Assembly (NCBI GenBank): GCA_038087875.1
Contig: CM075992.1
Span: forward strand, 8,930,001-8,994,000
From: Malacoraja senta
Lineage: Eukaryota
DNA length: 64,000 bases
Reading direction: 5' to 3'
In this document: piece after piece, positions 1-12,922 of the stretch
Numbering within the stretch: the stretch's first letter is position 1
Layout of the letters: each line of letters begins with the position of its first letter
The notes under the pieces: generated by a model
Seen by the model: only the letters and a program-made list of their open reading frames with translations
Database searches by the model: none
Told to the model about the DNA's origin: nothing
Translations under genes and position numbers: made by a program

Positions 1-913
1 GCCTGTTTCCGTGCTGTGTTTCTAAACTAAAGTAGGGAAAAAATATCACTTCAGTTGGGCACATTCTAGAGAGACTGGGTACTTGGTTCATTTAAAAAAA
101 AAGAACTTATTAGTGGACTAAGAGTTTGTTAGCCGGAATGATGATAGCACTTGATTTAAGGATTAAGATTTGGCCTGAGGATTGATGAAAATCTCTCTGG
201 ATTGACCACACATTTAGCCCTGTTGAGTGAATGGCACTTGCTGACATCAAGATTTCCATTGTGATAAAGCCAGTTCCACAGTTCATTAAAGCACGAGGGA
301 GACACAAAACCTGATGGCGTTAACGATTAGACAATGGACAAGCTTTGAACACAGGAAATCACAGATCTAATCACTGAAAGTGTTATGATTTATAAATACC
401 CCAAGTAAATCACACATCTGACCCTGAACAGCTGTGAACAAGACACCATCAGTTCCTGTACCATTATTCAACTGTAAATTACAGTAACAATTTCTCCTCA
501 GAAGCATCAATTTGCTGACCATTTGTAGCAGAAATGACCAAATATTGATCAGGAGAACAGTTCTTTGACAATTAAAACGGACACCTCCAGATTCAGGGAC
601 AGTTTTTTGCCAGCTGTGATCAGGCAACTGATCCATCCTATCACCAACTGGAGAGCAGTCCTGAACTACTGTCTACCTCAATTAGAGACCCTCGGACAAT
701 CTTTAATCGGACTTTACTGGGCCTTATCTTCCACTAAATGTTATTCACATTTTATTCCCTTTTATAATGTATCTGTACACTGTGGATGGGTCGAGTGTGT
801 GGGAAGAACTGCAGATGCTGGTTTACACCGAAGATAGTCACAAAATGCAGGAGTAACTCAGCGGGTCAGGCAGCATCATTGTAATCTTGTATTGTCTTTC
901 CGCTGACTGGTTA

Positions 914-1205
914 AGGCCCTGTCCCACTTTCCCGAGTTACTCACGAATTCTCCCCTTGATTCAAACTCGGAGATGCCAGCCGTAGGTACTCGGGACTATT
1001 TTTTTTACTCGTGGACATTTTTCAACATGCTGAAAAAACCGTCCCGACTTACCTGATGCCCCGAGTACCTACGGCTGGCATTACGAGCCGCTACGAAATA
1101 TCTACGGACTCCTACGGACTCGCTACGGACATTCTCCGAGTTTGAAGAATCGAGGGGAAAACTTGGGAGAATTCGTGAGTAACTCGGGAAAATGGGACAG
1201 GGCCT
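914..1205. mobile_element. PIF/Harbinger-type MITE, subfamily A
   Basis: TIR AGGCCCTGTCCCA extending to about 40 bp; TTA TSD (911-913 and 1206-1208). Confidence 0.85.
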
Positions 1206-1683
1206 TTAGCACACAACAAAAGCTTTTCACTGTACCTCGGTACATGTGACTATCAACTAAACTTGTTCCCTGTACTTTACCAGATGGGATCATGAATTAA
1301 ACTTGAACTCCAACGTGCAACCCAACCTTGACTCTTACTCAGTGGTGTTCTGCCTTGAACTACCATGATCTTCACATTTTTGCAGACACAAAGAACTATT
1401 AAAAAAATCACAAAATACTGCAGTAACTCAGCGGGTCAGGCAACGTCTCTGGAGAATGTGGATAGGAGACGTTTCAGGTCAGATTTGTTGTCTGAAGATG
1501 GGTCCCGACCCAAAAAGTCACCTATCCATATTCTCCAGAGATGTGTTACCTATTCTTTTCTTTCAGAGATGCTGCCTGAGCGGCTGAGTTACTCCAGCAT
1601 TTTGTGTCTATCTTTGGTATAAACCAGCAGTTCTTTCATACACATGCTGCCTGTCCCGCTGAGTTACTCCAGTGCTTTGTGTA

Positions 1684-3005
1684 AGCATGCAGGTACAGCA
1701 GGCAGTGAAGTAAGCGAATGGCATGTTGGCCTTTATAACAAGAGGAGTCGAGTATAGGAGCAAAGAGGTCCTTCTGCAGTTGCACAGGGCCTTAGTGAGA
1801 CCACACCTGGAGTATTGTGTGCAGTTTTGGTCCCCTAATTTGAGGAAGGACATTCTTGCTATTGAGGGAGTGCAGCGTAGGTTTACAAGGTTAATTCCAG
1901 GGATGGCGGGACTGTCATATGCTGAGAGAATGGAGCGGCTGGGCTTGTACACTCTGGAGTTTAGAAGGATGAGAGGATATCTTTTTGAAACATATAAGAT
2001 TGTTAAAGGTTTGGACATGCTAGAGGCAGGAAACATGTTCCCGATGTTGGGGGAGTCCAGAACCAGGGGCCACAGTTTAACAATAAGGGGTAAGCCATTT
2101 AGAACGGAGACGAGGAAACACTTTTTCCTCACAGAGAGTTGTGAGTCTGTGGAATTCTCTGCCTCAGAGGCCGGTTCGCTGGATACTTTCAAGAGAGAGC
2201 TAGATCGGGCTCTTAAAGTCAGGGGATATGGGGAGAAGGCAGGAACGGGATACTGATTGGGGATGATCAGCCATGATCACATTGAATGGCGGTGCTGGCT
2301 CGAAGGGCCGAATGGCCTACTCCTGCACCTATTGTCTATTGATACCGACCGAAAGTGAGCAAGTGAGCAATCATAGCAAAAGGATTTGAGTATAGGAGCA
2401 GGGAGGTTCTACTGCAGTTGTACAGGGTCTTGGTGAGACCACACCTGGAGTATTGCGTACAGTTTTGGTCTCCTAATCTGAGGAAAGACATTCTTGCCAT
2501 AGAGGGAGTACAGAGAAGGTTCACCAGACTGATTCCTGGGATGTCAGGACTTTCATATGAAGAAAGACTGGATAGACTCGGCTTGTATTCGCTAGAATTT
2601 AGAAGATTAAGGGGGGATCTTATAGAAACTTACAAAATTCTTAAGGGGTTGGACAGGCTAGATGCAGGAAGATTGTTCCCGATGTTGGGGAAGTCCAGAA
2701 CAAGGGGTCACAGTTTAAGGATAAGGGGGAAGTCTTTAGGACCGAGATGAGAAAAACATTTTTCACACAGAGAGTGGTGAATCTCTGGAATTCTCTGCCA
2801 CAGAAGGTAGTCGAGGCCAGTTCATTGGCTATATTTAAGAGGGAGTTAGATGTGGCCCTTGTGGCTAAAGGTATCAGGGGGTATGGAGAGAAGGCAGGTA
2901 CAGGATACTGAGTTGGATGATCAGCCATGATCATATTGAATGGCGGTGCAGGCTCGAAGGGCCAAATGGCCTACTCCTGCACCTATTTTCTATGTTTCTA
3001 TGTTT
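1684..3005 (+). mobile_element. Two tandem CR1 LINE 3' fragments
   Basis: ORFs 1723-2256 and 2418-2750 contain [15 protein letters not shown]; 3' tails (ctattgt)n and (tctatgtt)n. Confidence 0.9.
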
Positions 3006-3260
3006 CTACGTTTACTGCAGATGGGCAAAAAGGTTGACATGGACATAGTGTGCCAAAGGATCCGTTTCTGTGCTCTACAACTCTTTAGACCCAAGTTTTG
3101 GAGATTATCTAGCATCTGTAAAAAAAAGTAACCTGGATTGTTATTTTACTCAAGTATTATTTCCAAATGCAATACAAATCAAATATATGTTACATAACTG
3201 CACAGGAAGATCTGACGTCCATTATACCAAGATAATGGAAAATAAATTGAAAGTACTCAC

Positions 3261-3338
3261 TATATCTTTTAGCTGCTCTTTGTCTTCCAAATCCTTTTGC
3301 CCTCTCAGCCAACCGATATAAGACTCTTCTTCTTTTTC
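3261..3338 (-). CDS. KRI1: KRI1 coding exon 8 (EKEEESYIGWLRGQKDLEDKEQLKDI); gene continues beyond the left edge
   Basis: caaAG/GTGAGT boundaries; 78 nt; phase 0/0; matches EE..YI.WL.GQK. Confidence 0.93.
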
Positions 3339-3612
3339 CTTTGAATAAGCAACACATGAATAATCATTAGTATTGGTTGAGTTTAAATCTGGACTCTGTG
3401 CAGCCTTATCAGTGAAAGGAAATGAATATGTGCAACAGGAAATTAAAGGAGAGCTGGGATACGAGTTGCTTTGGCAGGTCCTAAGCAATACCTGATGTCC
3501 TCATGGAGCCTAAAGCAACACACTATATTTTTTAGCTTATTTTAGAGATACAGTGCGGAAACAGACCCTTCGGCCCACCGAGTCCATACCGACCAGCGAT
3601 CCCGCACACTAA

Positions 3613-3839
3613 AGGGCCAGTCCCACTTTCACGACCTAATTCACGACCTCTGCCGAGTTTGCTCTTGACTCATACTCGCAGCATGGTCGTCACGAGGTCG
3701 TAGGTAGGTCGTAGCAGGCCGTGATGCTAGTCGTAGGTACTCGTGGCATCAAGTAGGTCGGGCCATTTTTCTAGCCTGATGAAAAATATCCACGAGTAAA
3801 AAAGGGTGTGAATTAGGTCATGAAAGTGGGACAGACCCT
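3613..3839. mobile_element. PIF/Harbinger-type MITE, subfamily B, inserted in a SINE
   Basis: TIR AGGG.C.GTCCCACTTTCA; TAA TSD. Confidence 0.85.
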
Positions 3840-4038
3840 TAACACTATCCTACACACAGTAGGGACAATTTACATTTATACCAAGCCAATTAACCTGGTT
3901 TGGTTAGTTGGTACGGGTGTCAGGGATTATGGGGAGAACGCAGGAGAATGGGGTTAGGATTAGGGTTAGAAGCGAGAGAGATAGACCAGCCATGATTGAA
4001 TGGCGGAGTAGACTTGATGGGCTGAATTACCTAATTCT

Positions 4039-4465
4039 CAGACATGTTTGTATGGTATTGTATACGAGGATAGTATGGTGCAACACATCGTTGGAATTAA
4101 ACCGACTTACGGGTTGGGTGATGGGTGGGGAGAGATATGAAGCAGGTATATCATCACTTTTTGTTTATCTTTCTGTTTTTGTCTTTTTATTTCTTTACGT
4201 TTTTCTCATTTCTTTTACTTACTCACTCTTCGACAACACCTATTGGGTAGTCTAGCGGTTCTATTCTTACACATTCACTTTCTCTTTCACTTTCTCTCTT
4301 TCTTGCTTTTTCTCTCTTTTTCTTTTTCATCTTAGCTAAAAATTAAAACGGAAGCTGTACAATAAATGTACCATGTCATATGCCGCGGTCTATACTTTTG
4401 TACACTGCTTCTAATAAAAATATAAAAATAAATAAATAAAAAAATAAAAAAGATTAAAAAAAAAA
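4039..4465 (+). mobile_element. L1-clade 3' UTR insertion
   Basis: Homologous to 9515-9885; AATAAA and A-rich tail; 15-bp TSD gaattacctaattct (4024-4038 and 4466-4480). Confidence 0.8.
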
Positions 4466-5157
4466 GAATTACCTAATTCTGCTCCTATCACTTATGACTG
4501 TATAACCTATAAACCTGTACATCTTTGGAGTGTGGGAGGAAACCGAAGATCTCGGAGAAAACTCTTGCGGTCGCGGAGAGAACGTCCAAACTCCATACAG
4601 ACAGCACCCAGTAGTCAGATTCTAACCTGGGTCTCTGGTGCTGTGAGGCAGTAGCTCTATTGCTACGCCACCGTGCCACTGAGTGTTTGCTCCCTTAAGT
4701 TTCTACCCTGGCTCTCCATGTTCACTTGAAACAAATGCACACATTTTAAATTGCAAGCTCCCGACTTGCAAGGTTGTTGGGAACTTGCCATCCTAACAAA
4801 CGAGCCAATGTGCCAAATTCACTGACCCAAATCCCAGAATATTGACAGGCATGATATTATGTTGTGAAGGATAAGACTACTCCATTTCTTCATTTTATTG
4901 TTTTCCAGTGTTACCAAGTCACCATCAATAGTTCGACAGGACACAACACAACAAATTCCAAGTAAATTGATATACTGCATCCATTTAGATGTCTGTAGAA
5001 CAATAAAAATATGTAACAGCGCAATAAAGCACTGGGCACATATTGTTTCAGTCTGTAATAGGTGCAGTGGACATGCGCTGAGCCAAGAACAATTGTCTTT
5101 CCACATAATAAATGCAGCATGGAAACTAAAAGTGAAATAAAAAACCACATCAGGTAC

Positions 5158-5255
5158 CTTTTCTTCTTCGGACTTCACCCGCAGTTTCAGAAAACCAGTG
5201 CCGCCATCCCCACTTTCGCTGTCCTCTTCGGTTGTCGTCAACAAACTTACGGAGG
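5158..5255 (-). CDS. KRI1: KRI1 coding exon 7 (LRKFVDD / EEDSESGDGGTGFLKLRVKSEEEK), apparent +1 frameshift near 5230
   Basis: ttttccacAG acceptor and GTACCT donor. Both halves are KRI1-like but in different frames; 98 nt where 97 would keep the frame. Confidence 0.82.
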
Positions 5256-6919
5256 CTGTGGAAAACACAACACAACAGTTGATTAGTTTAGAGATAGAGC
5301 ATGGAAACAGGCCCTTCGGCCCGCCTCGACCAGCGATCCCGCAAACTAACACTATCCTACACACACATAGGGATAATTTTTACATTTACCAAGCCAATTA
5401 ACCCACAAAGCTGTACGTCTTTGGAGTGTGGGAGAAAGCTGGGGGCAGACCAAAGCCCGAGTAAGAGTCTCGGAAAAAACCCACGCGGGTCACGGGGAGA
5501 ACGTACAAACTCCGTGCAGACAGCACCCGGTAGTCAGGATCGAACCCGGGTCTCCGGCGCTGTAAGGCAGCGACTCTACCGCTGCACCACAGTGAGGGTG
5601 TCAGGGTTCTGGGTTTCAGGGGAGAAGGCAGGGAGAATGGGGTTAGGAGGGAGAGATAGATCAGCCGTGATTGTGTGGCGGAGTAGACTTGATGGGCCGA
5701 ATGGCCTAGTTCTGCTCCTATCACTTATGAGCTTATGACAATAATGATTATGAAACATCAATAAATATTGCAATGTTCAATTTCCAAGGCAAACGAGTAG
5801 CAGTAGACCCAAGCAACTGCAGATGTTGGTTTTACGAAAATAAAGACAAAGTGCTGAAGTACCTCAGCTGGCGAACATAAATCTCTGGAGTATATCCAAT
5901 GTCACTGGAGAACATCAAAAGGCAAAATTTCGGGTCGGAACCCTTCCTCAAACTGATTGTAGTAGTGGGCTGAAAGCAAGGGGCAGACCAAGCCAGGCAA
6001 GTCATAGGTATATATACAGGTGTAAGGGAGTTGATGATTAGACAAAGGCAAGAGACAAAATGAGGGGGGGGGGGGGGGAAATCTCATTGAAACTTGCCGA
6101 CTAGTGACAGGCTTGGACACAGTGGATGTGAGAGGACGTTTGCACTAGTGGGAGAGTCTAGGACCAGAGGTCACAGCCTCAGAATTATTTTCTTTAGGAG
6201 GGAGATGAGGAGGGATATCGTTAGTCAGAGGGTGGTGAATCTGTGGAATTCTTTGCCACAGAACGGTGTGGAGGCCAAGTCATTGGATATGTTAAGGCGG
6301 AGATAGATAGATTCTTGATTAGTACGGGTGTCCGAGGATATGGGGAGAAGGCAGGAGAATGGAGTTAGGAGGGAGAGATAGATCAGCCATGATTGAATGG
6401 CAGAGTAGACGATGGGCCGAATGGCCTAATTCTGCTTCTATCACTTATGACCTGATGAAAATGTATGAGATAAGGAGAAGGGGATTGAAATGTAAAACCA
6501 GAATAAGGGATATAGATGGAAGGGGATGGTGGCAGTGGAAAGGAAGAGGGGGCAGGATTGTGAGTGCGTTATTCCTGTATCTTTCCTCCGCTCTCTGCTG
6601 AAAGCTGCTCAAGATCAATGATTTGGAAGCCTCCCATGTGTCAGCTTGGAGAATCCCAACTAGGTGGTACAAGCTTCCAGTCCCATAAAGGTAGGACAAC
6701 AGGCTGAATATTCTCCTTCAATGTTAAATGACGGCTGTGGATGCAAAGTCCATGAATATTTTTAAGGCGGGGATCGACAGATTCTTGATTAGTAATGGTA
6801 TCAGGGGTTATGGGGCGGAAGGCAGTGGAATGGGGCTGAGAGGGAAAGATAGATCAGCCATGATTGAATGGTGGAATAGACTTGATGGGCCGAATGGCCT
6901 ATTCTGCTTCTAGAACTTA

Positions 6920-7840
6920 GGCCGATGTGATCGCCCGGTTGCTAAACACTTGAACTCCCCTCCCAATCCTATACTGACCTTTCTGTCCTGGGCCTCCTCC
7001 ACTGTCAGAGTGAGCCCAACGCAAATTGGAGGAACAGCACCTCATATTTCACGGGCAGCTTATAACCCAGTGGCATGAATATTGACTTCTCTAACCAAGT
7101 AATCCTTGCATCCCCTCTCTCCATCCCTCCCCACCCTAGTTCTCCAACTAGTTTCACTGTTCTCCTGATTACATTTTACTGATTGTATGCCTTGTTGCCA
7201 CCTTCCCCTCAGCTAACAATGATCCATTCTATATTTTCCTTGACCATCATCTCCTTTGATCTCTCTTTTTCATACCTTACCCTTCCATATGTCTAAGGTA
7301 GTCAAAAAAGCTGGAGAAACTCAACGGGTGAGGCAGCATCTATGGAGCGAAGGAATAGCCGACGTTTCGGGTCGAGACCCTTCTTTAGACTGATGTTGGG
7401 GGGGGGGGCGGGAAAAAGAAAGGAAGAGGCGGAGACAGTAGGCTGTGGAGAGCTGGGAAGGGGAGGGGAAGGAGGGAGAAAGCAGGGACTACCTGAAATT
7501 AGAGAAGTCAATGTTCATACCGCTGAGGTGTAAACTGCCCAAGCGAAATATAAGGTGCTGTTCCTCCAATTTGCGGTGGGACTCACTCTGGCCATGGAGG
7601 AGGCCCAGGACAGAAAGGTCGGATTCGGAATGGGAGGGGTAGTTGAAGTGCTGAGCCACCGGGAGATCTGGTGGTTAATGCGAACTGAGCGGTGGGCCTC
7701 ACTCTGGCCGTATCTCTATATCTCCCTCTCCCCTAACTCCAAGTCTGAAGAAGGGTCTCAAACTGAAACGTCACCCTTCCTTCTCTCCACAGATGCTGCC
7801 TGTCCCGCTGAGTTACTCCAGCATTTTATGTCTATCTTTC
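6920..7840. mobile_element. Nested Penelope-like 3' fragments (plus-strand copy interrupted by a minus-strand copy at ~7295-7710)
   Basis: Both pieces match the GIY-YIG C-terminus and terminal repeat at 21650-22160. Confidence 0.7.
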
Positions 7841-8044
7841 TTTTCAAACTCCATGCTCCTGGCACTGGTGTTCTTGCACAAAGACACATCATACGAGAAG
7901 CGGACATGTTAGAGGGTTGGCAGACAGTGCAAGGGACACCCACCAACATTGGTGGCGTCTGAAGAAGGGTTGTTTGAAGAAACTCTTCCTCAACAACCCT
8001 ACTTTGAAGTGGTTTTTGACATGATCTAAACGCAAGTGTTTGTC

Positions 8045-8640
8045 ACCACACCTGGAGTATTGTACAGGGCCCTAGTGAGACCACACCTGGAGTATTGTGT
8101 GCAGTTTTGGTCCCATAATTTGAGGAAGGACATTCTTTGCTATTGAGGGAGTGCAGCGTAGGTTTACAAGGTTAATTCTCGGGATGGCAGGACTGTCATA
8201 TGCTGAGAGAATGGAGCAGCTGCGCTTGTACACTCTGGAGTTTAGAAGGATGAGAGGGGGATCTCATTGAAACATATAAGATTGTTAAGGGCTTGGACAC
8301 GCTAGAGGCAGGAAACATGTTCCCGATGTTGGGGGAGTCAGAACCAGGGGCCACAGTTTAAGAATAAGGAGTAAGCCATTTAGAACGGAGACGAGGGAAC
8401 ACTTTTCTCACACAGAGTGATGAGTGTGGAATTCTCTGCCTCAGAGGCGGTGGAGGCAGGTTCTCTGGATGCTTTCAAGAGAGAGCTAGATAGGGTTCTT
8501 AAAAATAGCCAGTCAGGGGATATGGGGAGAAGGCAGGAACGGGGTACTGATTGGGATGATCAGCCATGATCACATTGAATGGCGGTGCTGGCTCGAAGGA
8601 CGAATGGCCGACTCCTGCACCTATTGTCTATTGTCTATTG
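8045..8640 (+). mobile_element. CR1 LINE 3' fragment
   Basis: Same subfamily as 1684-2340. Confidence 0.88.
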
Positions 8641-9323
8641 ATCTTTCCAGCAGCTTTGTAAATGTTTAGAAACTCTCTGAAAACTCAGTTTGAAGAAGGG
8701 TCTAGCTCCGAAACATCACCCATTCCTTCTCCTCCAGAGATGCTGCCTGACCCACTGAGTTGCTCCAGCTTGTTTGTCTATTTGGCGGCATGAAATCTAT
8801 CCAAACTACTATGCTTGGTCATGAACCATGTGCAAGTCCAAGGTTCCCCTCTGTATTTGATCATTGCAACCAAAACCAGCTCAAGAAAACCAAAAGGTTT
8901 TTTTTTTTTTTAAATAAGCATTGATTTGAAAGCTGGCAATACATTTGTCTAGCTTGTAGAATTTGATACTGCACACTTCAATGCTTATTTAGAAATACCC
9001 CCACAAAAAATCATTGGTAACATATTGAGGAGAGAAACAGTGCATCTCAGACAAAAGTGCAAAGCTCAGCATTTAGCTGCCTCAATCACTTCAGGCTGCA
9101 TGTTCTAGCCAGGCAAATGGGCAGCATCACCAGTACAGTAAAGAAGGGTCGTCCTCGGCTGCCTATAGTGACCCAGAGCTCACTCTGGTCATTTCTGTCA
9201 GTTACAGGAGACTGCCAAACGTAACCCCACAATCTTCACAAAAGGAGTGGGTGAAAAGGGCCTGGAATTATGGAACGGTTGGTTTTATGGTATTGGTTTG
9301 TAATGCGAATAGAAGTTAGTCAG

Positions 9324-9885
9324 TTTCCTTAATTATGGCCTGATAATGGCGAAAAAATGTATACTTAAATTTTGAAAAATACAGCTGCCCCTACTCTTAA
9401 AATGTGGATTACAAACATGTCTGAGACGCTACATCTTGAAAATATGAGACTTGTCTTATCAGAAAAATCAGAGCAATTTTCGAAGACATGGACACCATTC
9501 ATTGATCCATTACAAGGATAGTATGGTGCAACACAACTTCGCATTTAAACCGACTTACGGGACTGGGTGATGGGTGGGGAGAGAAATGAAGCATGTATAT
9601 CATCACTTTTTGTTTTTTTCCCCCCTTTTTTTCTTTTTATTTCATTACGTTTTTTCCTATTTCCTTTACTTACTCACTCTTCGACTACACTCATTTGGTA
9701 GTTTAGGGGTTCTATTCTTACACATTCACTTTCTCTTTCATTCTCTTTCTTTCTTGCTCTTTCTCTCTTTTTCTATTTCATCTTTGCTAAAATTAAAATG
9801 GAAGCTGTACAATAAATGTATTATTGTCATATGCCGCGGTTTATACTTTTATACACTGCTTCTAATCAAAATATTTTAAAAAAAA
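9324..9885 (+). mobile_element. L1-clade LINE 3' end with poly(A) and TSD
   Basis: ORF2 C-terminal-like AKKCILKF*K...PTLKMW...FSKTWTPF; 13-bp TSD agaagttagtcag (9311-9323 and 9886-9898). Confidence 0.8.
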
Positions 9886-10370
9886 AGAAGTTAGTCAGGC
9901 CCAGTCAATGCAGATTACTAAAAATGTTTAGTTCAGAGATAGAGCAAGGAAACAGGCCCTTCAGCCCACTTAGTCCTTGTGGCCCATCACTCACCCATTC
10001 ACACTAATGTTATGTTACACCACTATCACATCCACTCCCGACACGCCGAGTGCAATTCACAGAGGGGCCAATTATCCAAGAAACCAGCAGGTTTTGGGAT
10101 GCGGGGAGGAAACGGGAGCATCCGGATGAAACCCACGCGCTCAGAGGGAGAACGTGCAAACTCCGCACAACAGCACCCGAGGTCAGGATCAAACCTGGGT
10201 TCTGGCGCTGTGAGGCAGCAGCTCTACCAATGTGACGTCTTGACTAAATGTATAGAATATATTGAAGACCAAAGAAAATGGTATGGATCAATTCAGTGTA
10301 GTAGAACCTGAATAAAAGAAAGATATCTCGGATGTCCTTTTGTGGAAGGCCTCATCTGGAGAACAGATGT

Positions 10371-10389
10371 GGGGGGGGAGGGGACAGGG

Positions 10390-10421
<32 letters not shown>

Positions 10422-10751
10422 AGAGAGGGAGAGGGGGGGAGAGAGGGGAGAGGGGGGAGAGAGGAGAGAGGGAGAGGGGAGAGGGAGAGGGGGGGGAGAG
10501 GGAGAGGGGGGGGAGAGGGAGAGGAGAGGGAGAGGGGGGGGGAAGGGAGAGAGGGAGAGGGAGAGGGAGAGGGAGGAGGGAGAGGGAGAGGGAGAGGGAG
10601 AGGGAGAGGGAGAGGGAGAGGGAGAGGGAGAGGGAGAGGCAGGGAGAGGGAGAGGGAGAGGGAGAGGGAAGAGGGAGAGGAGAGAGGGAGGAGGGGAGGA
10701 GGAGGGAGAGGGGAGAGGGAGAGGGAGAGGGGAGAAGGGAAGAGGGAGAGG
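10371..10751. repeat. Polypurine (GA/GGGAGA)n microsatellite
   Basis: Direct inspection. Confidence 0.95.
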
Positions 10752-10998
10752 CTCAAGTAAGTCAGTGAGTTTATTGTCATGTGTCCCTGGTTAGGACAAT
10801 GAAAATCTTGCTTTAACTTGAGCACAACAGAACATAGTAGGCATTACTACCAGGCATTCTATAAATATATACACAATGGTCAATATACCGATAAAGTGCG
10901 AATAACAGTATTGGCTAGTAAAGTTCAGTGTTATGTCCGAGCCAGGTTTAATAGCCTGATGGCTGTGGGGAAGTAGCTGTTCCTGAACCCTGGTCGTC

Positions 10999-11223
10999 GA
11001 GAGGGAGAGGGAGAGGGAGAGGGAGAGGGAGAGAGGGAGAGGGAGAGGAGAGAGAGAGGGGCAGAGGGGGGGAGGGGGAGTGGGGGAGAGAGAGAGAGGA
11101 GAGAGGGGAGAGAGAGAGGAAAAGGGGGAGAGAGAGAGAGAGGGGGGAGAGAGAGAGAGAGGGGGGGAGAGAGAGAGGGGGAGAGGAGAGAGAGGAAGAG
11201 AAAGAGAGAGAGAAAGAGAGAGA

Positions 11224-11272
<49 letters not shown>

Positions 11273-11423
11273 GGAGAGAGAGAGAGAGAGAGAAAGAGAA
11301 GGAGAGAGAGAAAGAGAGAAAGAGAGAGAGAGAGAGAGAAAAAGAGAAAGAGAGAGAGGGCGGAGGGGGAGGGGGGAGGGGGAGGGGGGGGGGGGAGGGG
11401 GGGGGCGGGAAGGGGGAGGGAGA
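10999..11423. repeat. Polypurine (GA)n/G-rich microsatellite
   Basis: Direct inspection. Confidence 0.95.
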
Positions 11424-11681
11424 GTCCTTCCAAGAAACAAGGGTGGGTGGAGGTGTAGTCTAGGTACTATGGGGAGCAGTGGGTTTGTAATGATTTGATT
11501 CACTTCATGGGGAATTGTAAAACATGTACAATAAGGGTAGACTATGATCTGCAACCAAGCATGTGGAATCCATTTGGCTAAAATTGGACTGGGAGCAGAA
11601 ATTAGATGAACTGACTAGGGAAAAAAAAATCAGTGCATTCAAGCAGTGATTATTCCAGGCACGAGTCTCTCACATACTTAC

Positions 11682-11731
11682 GTTTCTTGCAGTTGTTTTT
11701 GTTCTTCTATATAACTGGGAGATGCTGCTCT
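11682..11731 (-). CDS. KRI1: KRI1 coding exon 6 (RAASPSYIEEQKQLQE)
   Basis: tttcAG/GTAAGT boundaries; 50 nt; phase 0 in, 2 out; matches SY.EEQKQL.E. Confidence 0.92.
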
Positions 11732-12613
11732 CTGAAACCAAAATCCCAACAATGTGTCAGCATCATAAAAGCACAGTAACAAACCTACTTCCAAACCAAC
11801 GCTTCTAGAAGAAAGGCATTTGATAAGCATCTTTGCTCCATACAATGCTAAAAACATATATTTTAGTTTCGTTTAGATACTGCGTGGAAACAGGCCCTTT
11901 GGCCCACCGAGTCCGCACTGACCAGCGATCCCCGCACACTAACACTACCCGACACACTAGGAACAATTTTACATTTATACCAAGCCAATTAACCAACAAA
12001 CCTGTACGTCTTTGGAGTGTGGGAGGAAATCAAAGATCTCGGAGAAAACCCACGCGGTCACGGGGAGAACATACAAACTCTGTAGAGACAGTATCCTGGG
12101 TCTCCGGCGCTGCAAGGCGCCGTAAAGCAGTAACTCTACCACTGTGCCACCGTCCCGCCCGAAAAATGTTATTGAAATGATCACTAAAACCACTCCGGTT
12201 GTTTAGGAGGGAACTGCAGATGCTGGAAAATCGAAGGTAGACAAAAATGCTGGTGAAACTCAGCGGGTGAGGCAGCATCTATGGAACGAAGGAAATAGGC
12301 AACGTTTTGGGTCGAGACCCTTCTTCAGTCTGATGTGTGGGTGGAGGGGGGGGGGGGTGCGGGAAGAAAAAAGGAAGAGGCGGAGACAGTGGGTTGAGGG
12401 AGAGCTGAGAAGGGGAGGAGAAAGTAGGGACTACCTGAAATTAGAGAAGTCAATGTTCATACCGCTGGGGTGCAAACTGCCCAAGCGAAATATGAGGTGC
12501 TGCTCCTCCAATTTACGGTGGGCCTCACTCTGGCCATGGAGGAGGCTTTTTAGTGGGAAGCCTTTAGGTTCTGGCAATGCTAAGTTATTTTGAAAGACTC
12601 AAGTGCACAGTAA

Positions 12614-12922
12614 AGGGCCTGTCCCACTATACGAGTTTACCCAAGAGCTGTCCCGAGTTTAAAAAAAAAATTAAACTCGTGGTAAGTACGTAGAATGTAC
12701 ATAGCGGGCATGTCGGAACTCGGGGACGTCTCTTAGCGGCTCGTAACGCTAACGGCAGGTACTCGGGAAACGCGGTAAGCTCGTGAAGTTTTTTCAACAG
12801 TGTGAAAAATGTCCACGAGAGCCCCGAGTACCTACGAACAGCTATTACCGTAATTCTCCGAGTTCGAATCAGGGGAAACTCGGGAGAACTCTTGAATTAC
12901 CTCGTACAGTGGGACAGGCCCT
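12614..12922. mobile_element. PIF/Harbinger-type MITE, subfamily C
   Basis: TIR AGGGCCTGTCCCACT; TAA TSD. Confidence 0.85.

Noticed and set aside
1..3260. KRI1 exon 9
   Set aside because: No matching YW..P.L...E.FL.DY-type exon found by eye; presumably beyond the left edge.
10332..11554. Long Gly/Glu/Arg- and Leu/Ser/Pro-rich ORFs
   Set aside because: Translations of GA microsatellites.
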